The translations under genes and the position numbers were made by a program. Below are positions 55,465 to 64,000 of a stretch of 64,000 nt of DNA, piece after piece (position 1 is the first letter of the stretch; every line of letters starts with the position of its first letter). The stretch spans positions 2,170,001 to 2,234,000 of the forward strand of contig CAVNZM010000012.1 of NCBI GenBank assembly GCA_963693365.1, in the 5' to 3' direction. Source of the stretch: Amoebidium appalachense. Lineage: Eukaryota; Protista; Ichthyosporea. The notes under the pieces are model-generated. The model was given only the letters and a program-made list of their open reading frames with translations, had not been told where the DNA came from and searched no databases.

Positions 55465-56655
55465 TCAAGCGCTCACCCAGTAACCATATCTGCTTCCAGT
55501 CCCCGGGGGGCACTGCCTAGTGATTCCCCTCTTTCCGGTGCACACATGGCCAGCAGTGCCCTTACCGTCACGCTGACAATACCACATCCCATCACCACAG
55601 CACACAGGCGTGTATGTGACCTTTCCATACTTAGTGTCCTCGTTAGGGGGGCACAAAATCTGTTTACCCTTGCAGCACTTGCTGCACCGTTGGCTAACGC
55701 CACCAGCAGGCGCACAAACACTTCCGGCGGTGCCCTTTCCGTTGCGCTGGCACTCCTGTTTACCGTTTGCACAGCACACCGGATCATAAGTCACAGTGCC
55801 ATACTTGGTCTCCTCTGACTCAGGGCACTTCTTAGGCCCAGCCCTGCAGCATGTGGGGCAAGCAGTGGATTTGCCGCCGCGGGGGGTGCACACGTGGCCA
55901 GCAGTCCCCTTGCCATTGCGCTGGCACCCCCATGCACCATCGGCACAGCAAACAGACGTGTAGGTGACCTTGCCATACTTGGTTTCCTCATCGGCAGGGC
56001 ACTCCTTGGGTTCGCCGTTGCAGCACTGTGGTTTGGGCGTGGGCTTGGGGCAGGGATCGGTTGTTCCACCGAAAGATGCGCACACGGAGCCGGCAGTTCC
56101 CTTGCCGTTACGCTGGCACTCCCAGTTGCAATTGGCGCAGCACACAGGGGTGTAGGTGACCTTGCCATACTTGGTGTCCTCATCGGGGGGGCACTGCTTA
56201 GCATCTCCATTGCAGCACTTGGGGTTGGGCTTGGGGCAAGCCTTGCTCAAACCGCCCGAAGGCGTGCACACGGACCCAACAGTGCCCTTGCCGCGGCGCT
56301 GGCACTCCCAGTTGCCGCTTGCACAGCACACCGACACGTAAGTCACGTTCCCGTAGGGGGTTTGCTCATTCGGGGGGCACTCCTTGACCACCCCATCGCA
56401 GCACTTGGGCGCAGGGCAGGCCTGGTCTCTTCCACCACGGCTGGAGCAAACATCGCCAGCAGTGCCCTTGCCATTGCGCTGGCAGTCCCACTGGCCATCA
56501 GCACAGCACACAGACGTGTAGGTGATGGTGCCGGCATAGCTAGACGTTTCGTTGGCGGGGCACTTCATAGGCTCGCCATTGCAGCACGTGGCTGCCGCGC
56601 CGTGCACACACAACAAGGCCGCAAAGGCTGCGCTTAGAAAGGAGAGGCGCGTCAT
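55465..56655 (-). CDS. Secreted cysteine-rich protein, six tandem ~58-64-aa repeats, intronless
   Basis: 396-aa ORF with a hydrophobic signal peptide (MTRLSFLSAAFAALLCVHGAAA) and 6x CC-x6-CP...YGxVTYxxVCCAxGxWxCQRxGKGTAGxVC...GG...C; amino-acid pattern is conserved despite nucleotide divergence. Confidence 0.88.
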   Translation of the reverse strand: MTRLSFLSAAFAALLCVHGAAATCCNGEPMKCPANETSSYAGTITYTSVCCADGQWDCQRNGKGTAGDVCSSRGGRDQACPAPKCCDGVVKECPPNEQTPYGNVTYVSVCCASGNWECQRRGKGTVGSVCTPSGGLSKACPKPNPKCCNGDAKQCPPDEDTKYGKVTYTPVCCANCNWECQRNGKGTAGSVCASFGGTTDPCPKPTPKPQCCNGEPKECPADEETKYGKVTYTSVCCADGAWGCQRNGKGTAGHVCTPRGGKSTACPTCCRAGPKKCPESEETKYGTVTYDPVCCANGKQECQRNGKGTAGSVCAPAGGVSQRCSKCCKGKQILCPPNEDTKYGKVTYTPVCCGDGMWYCQRDGKGTAGHVCTGKRGITRQCPPGTGSRYGYWVSA

Positions 56656-58139
56656 GGCGACAATGTTCTTGGTGCAACTGAACTGAGTGTGGGTTTGGTG
56701 CGGATGGCCTTTTGTGGGGCGCCTCCGAGGACTGGAGATCTGAGTGGACGGACGGTCAGTGATTTGTGGAATGCGTGGAAAATGGTACAGAGGAAAGTGA
56801 TTGGTGCTGCAATCTTATTGGCTTTCGGCACTCAACCGAGGAGGGCCGAAGTGAACGTCGACAGAGCCGAGTTTCACTGCCCGAAAAATAGATATGTGGA
56901 TAATGTGGTGCTCACATAATGACAGCAGACATTTAGGTATGTAGAAAAGTTAGTTTTCTAATGTTGTTAGTTTCTTGTTTCCTGTTTTCTATGAAGGCAT
57001 GTCATAGAAGGTGCAAAGTGTCTTACAACCAGTAGATGAGTTGTCCTAGATGACCAATAGCAATGATTCTAAAAATCCTACTGTAATTGGATCGGAACGC
57101 ATCGCTATCTTTCACTTGCATTCCAATTGGCTGATCTCGGCCCGCACATTCGGCGCACAATTGCTCCCCCGAAGGCCCCCGAACTCTCTGAAGTCACAAG
57201 CGTGCCAGTGGTCAGGACTCAGTTGGGTCGAAACAACAAGCATGTCCACATATAATGTATATCTGATACATTATATCTCCACATATAATTTGTATAATGT
57301 AAATGTAATGTCGATGGTTACATTTATATCTTGTTGGGTGGAACTTCCTGCTGGCCTTGGTGCCGACAATTCCGAATCACATCTAATACCCGTGAAACAC
57401 TGCAGGCCTGTCACTGAAAGACGGTCCCGGTGCGGGGCCCGGCCCACGGGGTGTTTCTAGATGGCCGTGGCCCGGCCTGAGGCTCGACTATCACGAGTCT
57501 CGCCGGCAGTGCCTCCTTTGTTTAGTGCGCGGGTACACTGTGACTCTCTCTTCCGAATTGCGCGATAGTTGAGCTCTACCAGGATCATCTGGCAGGATAC
57601 TCACACGCAGGCTGCATCGTGTCACTGTCAGTGAAGGCATATACAGTACGTACAGACATGATTAGACACGCCTACACGCACACGTGCACCCCTAGGCTCC
57701 TAGGCTGATGAGTGGTTGCCCTGGAACGTTGGAAGATCTACCCCAGTGCCACAATTCGAATTGCCTGTGCCCCACGCGACTTGCACATGTATACGTACAC
57801 CTATGCGCATGCACTCACTCAGCTTCATATGCATTATATATCATTACGTACAGTATTCGAGCTAAGCCTTTCACAAGCCTCAACGATATTTTATTCTTTG
57901 ATATCGAAGCTGCACACTCGAATCAAATACCCCAGTGTACTCGGTCTCTACTACTAGTACTGGCTATGCCTCGAGCAAACATGTACAGCACTGTTCGGTA
58001 ACAGCCAAAAAGTCGAGTCATACGCCATGCCAGCGCCATGGTCCAGCCTGCAGCTGTTTGTTTCCGAAAATTTAAACTTGAAAGTCCAGGCCACACTGAG
58101 AGTCGACCAATTGCATAGTACCAATAGTACATATATTTA

Positions 58140-58158
58140 TTCTCTTTCTCTTTCTCTC

Positions 58159-58193
<35 letters not shown>

Positions 58194-58282
58194 TCTTCCC
58201 CCCCCCCCCCCCCCCCCCCCCCCCTCTTCTTTCCCCCCCGCTCTCTCTCTCCCTTCCCCCCCTAGCCCCTGCATTCTCTGTC

Positions 58283-58354
<72 letters not shown>

Positions 58355-58413
58355 CCCCCCCCCCCCCCCCTCTCCCTTCCCCCCCTGCCCCTGCATCCTT
58401 TCTCATTGTCTCT

Positions 58414-58453
<40 letters not shown>

Positions 58454-58519
58454 CCCTCCCCCTCCCTCCCTCTCTCTCCCTCTCTTCCCCCCCCCCCTCC
58501 CCTAGGCCTTGCATTCTGC

Positions 58520-58572
<53 letters not shown>

Positions 58573-58664
58573 TCTTCCTCCCCCCCCCCCCCCCCCCCCT
58601 CTTCTTTCCCCCCGCTCTCTCTCTCCCTTCCCCCCCCTAGCCCCTGCATTCTCTGTCATCCCTT

Positions 58665-58714
<50 letters not shown>

Positions 58715-58859
58715 CCCCCCCCCCCCCCCCCCCCCCTCCCCTTCCCCCCCTGCCCCTGCATCCTTTGTCATCGTCTCTCTTCTCTCTCTCTCTCTCTCTC
58801 TCCCCCCCCCCCTCCCTCTCTTCCCCCCCCCCCCCCTCCCAGCTATAGGCCTTGCATTC

Positions 58860-58890
<31 letters not shown>

Positions 58891-58900
58891 CCCTTCTCTC
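58140..58900. repeat. Higher-order repeat of (CT)n/poly-C units with short unique linkers
   Basis: CCCTAGCCCCTGCATTCTCTGTCATC, CCTGCCCCTGCATCCTTT and TAGGCCTTGCATTCTGCCAT each recur twice in the same order (~360-bp period). Confidence 0.75.
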
Positions 58901-59747
58901 TGAGTCTCTCTCTCTCAGGCTCTCCATCTCTCTCTGACAAGAGTCTCAGTCTGTGTGTGACACTGTGTGCGCGCATGTGTGTGTGTGCGCGGGCGCGTGT
59001 GTGGTTGCATTTTTTTTTTTTTTTTTTGTGGTGGTGGTGGTGGTGGTGGTGGGTGGTGGTGGTGGTGGTGTGTGTGTGGAGGGAGGGGGGGGGAGGGGGA
59101 GGAGGGGGGAGGGGAGTGAGGAGTGGGAGTACATCCTTCATTTTATTTTGGCTCAGGCGACGCTTCAATCGTGTCCTGATCAAAAATCGTAACTACAAAG
59201 CCACACGTAGTAGTCAAATCTTTCTGTATCAATTTTTCATCGTTTTGGGTACGATTTCTTCGCACAATATTCTAGTCAGGACAAATGCAAAATCGGTCGG
59301 ATTCGAAAAAAATTATGGCTCTAAGACCTTTGCAATATCACCATGCAAAGTGTTATGTCATTGCTCATTCAGTAAAGGGTTCTTGCCAGCAAATTTGTGA
59401 TTAAGTTAGTGCGATTAAAGGTGCAATGAGTTTGTGAGACTAAAAATGCAAATACCTATTTGGTATGATGTCCTCCTTGTCAGAATAGGCATATCTGTGA
59501 GGCTTTGTGTGTGTGCGTGTGTATGCGTGTGTGTGCGTGTGCGCGCGTATGTGCGTGTCTGCACGCCTGTGCATGGGTATGTATGAGTTTGTGTTGGAAA
59601 AAAAACCATTCATACATTTCCATAGTTACATTCCGTGACCGTGTGCCCACTATATACCACTGGCCTGCACAGGTGGATCAGATTTGTGATAAGGCGGAGT
59701 AATGTGATTGGTTGCCACCAGCTACGAGCAATTTCATTGGCCTAAAA

Positions 59748-60036
59748 TCATTCGGCGTCATAGTCCTCCTCGTCATCTGCCTCATGCCGCCTCTTGATTG
59801 GTGCAACCACAATCGGATTCCAGGCAGGAGCACGCATTTGCACGTCATCCTGCAGGTGTATATGTGCACGTGTATGTGTGTGCATGTACGTGTGTGTGTG
59901 TGTGTGTGTGTGTGCATGCGTTATACGTGCACCCGCGTAGCCTGGGCCGTGCTGATGTCGTGTTCGTGTGTGACGGTGGAGCTTTGGGGTAGAGGGTGGA
60001 AGGTAGGGTGGGGTGGGGGTGGGCTGGGGTGTGTGT

Positions 60037-60078
<42 letters not shown>

Positions 60079-60205
60079 GGGGGGGGGGAGGGGAGGGGGT
60101 TAGGAAGGTTTGGAGCGTGAGTGGAAGTAATGGTGGTAGCAGTGGTGGTAAGAGAGGGGCTTTAGAGGGGAAGGAAGAAAAAGAGTGGGGGCCGGGGAGG
60201 GGGGT

Positions 60206-60239
<34 letters not shown>

Positions 60240-60340
60240 GGGGGGGGGGGAGGAGGGGAATGCAAAAACATAGATAGTCTTTGAAGTCGAAGGAAAGATG
60301 AGGGAGAGGGTATGGTGGTGGTGGTGTTAGTGGAGGTGGT

Positions 60341-60383
<43 letters not shown>

Positions 60384-60606
60384 CGTGTGCGCGCGCGCGT
60401 GTGTGTCCCCGGGGGGGAGAAGGGGGGGAAGTATCCAAGAAAAACCGCGAAGGAAAAGAAGGACAAAAAACAGACAGCAAGGAAAAGGTAATATCTATGA
60501 GCACATTAGGTGCATCTATACGTCAACACATTCCTATGTTATAATCCATGTGAACAGGTGTGCAGCATCCAAAAATACGGCAAAGGGGTGAGAATCGAGC
60601 GTACGG

Positions 60607-60639
<33 letters not shown>

Positions 60640-60884
60640 AGTAGCGTTCATTATGGAGTACGAAGTACACATTCATAACGAACAACATAATGCAGAATGC
60701 AAACCACAAAAAGAGAATGCATCAGAAGCAGAGCCCATCCTCAGGAGAGGGCAAGTCATCTACGGTACTCGTGTTTCGATCCGTTCACCTCGTCGACGAA
60801 ACCTAACACAGGGAGCGAGGGAGGAAGGGAGGGAAGGGTGGGTGGGTGGGTGGGTAGGTGAGTGGGGTACGTGGTGGTGCTGGT

Positions 60885-60925
<41 letters not shown>

Positions 60926-61814
60926 TTCCGACTTCCTCCATAAGAGCCATGGAGTGTTCTGGGTGTGGGCCGGCCGATCTTGCAAGGTAGCCGGGCACAT
61001 GGCGGGTGGTGGCCTGGTCGGTAGCCTCTTGCTTGTTCTCGTCCTCCTGAGGTTGAAATGGTTAGGTGCGTGGTGGGTGAAAACTTTAAAGGGCACATGT
61101 GATTGGTTGCGTGAGTGAAAATGGAATGTATGCAGATGTGACTTGAGTGGGTGAAAATATGTGCACATGTGATTGATTGCGTGGGTGAAAAAGTGTGGAC
61201 ATGTGATTGGTTGTGTGGGTGAAAACGTGCAAACATGTAATTAGTTGTGGGGGAGAAAATGGGCGTACATGTGGGCGGTTGTGTGTGTGAATACACACGC
61301 ACATGTGATTGGTTGTCTAAATGAATTTTCAATACAGCAACTGTGATTGGCTGTGCGGGCGAAAATGTGCCCAAATCTGATTAGTTGTGTGGGTGAAAAC
61401 ACGCACATATCCGGTTGGTTGTGTGGGTGGAAACACACGCACATGTAAATAGCCGTGTGGGAAAAAATGGACGTACATATGATTGCCACATGCACTTGTG
61501 ATTGGTTGTCTAGATGAACCTTCGATGCAAATGTGATTGGCTGTGTGGACAAAAATGTGCCCACATTCGTTTAGTTGTGTGGATGAAAATGTGCGCACAA
61601 GCGGTTGGTTGTGTGGGTGAAAACGTGTACACATGTACTGGTTTGTGGGTAGAAATTTGTGCACGTGTTATTTTCTGTGTGAATGTGTGGACCATACTCA
61701 CTCCACATAAGCCTTTGCAAAAGACCTATTTCAAACACCCGTCTCAAGGCAATAACCCAACCGGCCACAGCACCCACTCACCCACCTCCCACAATTACCC
61801 AGTAACCCTCATCT

Positions 61815-61845
<31 letters not shown>

Positions 61846-62413
61846 CCCCCAACGCACACACACACTCCCCCCTCCCCTCCCCCCCCCCATCTCCCTCGCC
61901 ACTCCCTCCAACCCCCTCTGCACACAGCTCAGCCCCTCCCCAAACCTCCCCCCCCCCCTCCCCCCCCCCCTCCCCTCCTTCCCCCCCTCCCCCCCTCACG
62001 TCCCGTCCCATATCCACATACACCCACACCCATACCCCACCCCCCCCCCCTCTCCCACCAACCCTCTCCCCTCCCACTCCCCCTCCCCCCCCCCCCCCCC
62101 TCCCCCCCACACACACCAGCCTCCCCATACACACCCACACACCTTTGACACTGCGACCTGGTAGTTGACCGTAGAGAGCCAATAGCGTTCGGGGGGTAGA
62201 TGCACCCCAAAGGCATCCTTGAGGGGTGGTAGGGGCACATTGTTGCGTTTTTCAGCCAACTCCATCATGAACTGTGCGGGTGTGTGGTTAGAAAGTGAGA
62301 AACAGAAGAAGTGAATGAGTGGGAGGGGGGGAGAAGGGAGGTGGGAGGGGGGTAGGGGGGAGGGTGGGGGGAGAGAGTGTATAGGGGGGTGGGGTGGAGG
62401 AGGGTGGGAGGGT

Positions 62414-62449
<36 letters not shown>

Positions 62450-62740
62450 TTATAATTGAAACTGTGAGGGTGTGAGGGCGGAATGTGAGACACAGAGTCA
62501 GTAAAAGGGGGGGGTGTGAATCGATGGGTGCCTGGCTGTATGCGCGGGGGGGGGGGGGGGGGGCAGGGGGAATGGATCAGAGGGGGTGAAAGGACATGGA
62601 AGCAAAGAAGTGAATTTAAGAAACAAAAAAAGGCAATATGTAAACCTTCATAACCGTGGTAAATGTGCGAGAGAAAACTGAACAAAAGGAATGTGGCCAA
62701 GCATGTTTGTGTCCGAGTATGCCGCCGCAATCAAGTTTTT

Positions 62741-62772
<32 letters not shown>

Positions 62773-63446
62773 TTCTGATTCTGTGTGTGTGTGTGTAGAA
62801 GTGTGTGTGTGTGCGCTCACATGTGCTCGCACTTGCATGTGTCTGTGTGTGTTTGTGATTTTGTGTGTGTGTGTGTGTGTAGAAGTGTGCGTGTGTGCAC
62901 GCATGCATGCACTGACATGTGTCTGTGTGTGTTTGTGGATGTGTGGTGTGCATAGGTGCCATTGCGAGAATGTCAGTCTCTGTCTGCCTGCGAATGTGCA
63001 CATGTTGCATGTGTGGGTCTGCATGTCTATTTCTGTGAGTGCAAATGGTTATGTGTGGGCGTATGTGGAGCCCCCCCCCCCCCCCCCCCGGAGAGAGAGA
63101 GAAAAAGGGGAAGGGAATGTGGGGGGGGGGGGGGGGGGGAGGGGGGGAGGGGAGGGAGGGGGGGGGGGGGGGGGGAGGGGGGAGAAGAGAGTGAAAGAGA
63201 AAGAGGGATTAAAAGAGAGGGAGAGAGGGAAAGAGCGGGAGACCGAGGGGGAGGAGGGGGGGTAGAGAGTGCAAGGGGGAGATAGAGAGGGGGAAAGGAA
63301 GAGATGGGGAGGAAGGGAGGGGGGTGGGGGGGAGAGGGATGGAGATTAATCCAGAGAGAGAGGGGGGAAGGGAGAGTGGGGGGGGGGGGAGCGGGGAGGG
63401 AGGGACGCAGAGAGGGAGGGAGGGAGGGAGGGAGAGAGGGAGGGAA

Positions 63447-63478
<32 letters not shown>

Positions 63479-63733
63479 GGGAGAGGGGTGCACCAGTGAG
63501 CGTGAGAGAGAGATAGAGAGAGAATGTGTGGAAGAATCTGCCCAACGATATTTGGACGAGCCACACAAAGTAATGAAAAAGTATAGGAGACACACCTCTC
63601 TGGGGGGAGGCCCGGTGAAGGAGTAGTCTACGCGGGACTGGATGGCCAGTCTGACGTCATCCACATCGAGCCGTGCCTTGTTTGCATGGTCTGAATAGAC
63701 TAGTGCGTCCTCAAGAACATCACCTACATACCC
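59748..63733 (-). CDS. TAF9: TFIID subunit 9 (TAF9), 5' exon(s) not seen in the window
   Basis: Exons ~63595-63733 ([16 protein letters not shown]...[22 protein letters not shown]), ~62159-62272 ([15 protein letters not shown]...GVHLPPERY), probable ~60933-61046, and 59748-59849 ([16 protein letters not shown], a typical TAF9 basic/acidic end). Confidence 0.9.
60640..60812 (-). mobile_element. Structured repeat family, copy F (TAF9 intron)
   Basis: AGTACGAAGTACAC...AAGCAGAGCCCATCCTCAGG...GTCATC...GTTTCGA...CTCGTCGACGAAACC aligns to copy B; starts at a poly-G tract. Confidence 0.75.
61070..61690. repeat. Degenerate minisatellite, ~33-40-bp unit, in a TAF9 intron
   Basis: Recurrent GTGGGTGAAAA...CACATGTGATTGGTT units, roughly 15-17 copies. 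Confidence 0.8.
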
Positions 63734-64000
63734 TGCAATAGAGTGCTATTCTTAGAACAACTATTATATACCGTGCTATTCTTAGAACAGCTACATACGG
63801 TGCTATCGAGTCACACCCATTGCACCTACATACAGCCACTGCTCGTTTCTTGCCTTCCTTCTCATCCACTGCCCCAAAAGTTCCTGTTCTCTCCCCCAAA
63901 AGAGCAGTGGCATCTGGTTCTCCCCCCCCCCCCCCCCCCCCCCTCCCCTTGCCCCCCTCCCCCCCCCCCCCCCTACCACCACCACCACCACCACAACCAG

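Noticed and set aside
55417-56637. Plus-strand ORFs (133 and 247 aa) over the Cys-rich gene
   Set aside because: Antisense shadows of a GC-rich repetitive CDS.
57435-57478. GC-rich inverted repeat GGCCCGGCCCACGG...CCGTGGCCCGGCC
   Set aside because: Single short imperfect hairpin with no TSD or second copy in the window.
61070-61690. CRISPR-like array
   Set aside because: Degenerate units without unique spacers, in a eukaryotic intron, with no cas genes.

Overview
Intron-rich eukaryotic genomic DNA, probably from a unicellular holozoan (inferred from an animal-type novel PKC). Introns are saturated with poly-C/poly-G, (CA)n and (GA)n tracts, so almost all ORFs in the supplied track are spurious. 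Genes assembled by hand from exons: novel PKC (-, runs off the left edge) with an intronic tRNA-Gly(TCC), UBC13/UBE2N (+), exportin-1/CRM1 (-), a PHO80/PCL-type cyclin (-), JMJD7 (+), an intronless secreted protein of six 8-Cys repeats (-), and TAF9 (-, 5' end off the right edge). The most notable system is in the introns. A 5'-truncated Penelope-like RT of Naiad/Chlamys type lies in the cyclin intron. At least seven copies of a non-coding, 5'-truncated repeat share a fixed 3' end on a poly-C tract. Their diverged copies conserve an RNA fold (G-U-containing stems, compensatory changes, a covarying 6-bp long-range pairing, a self-complementary apex) that does not fit hammerhead or HDV consensus. 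All alignments and folds were done by eye; exon boundaries may be off by a few nt.
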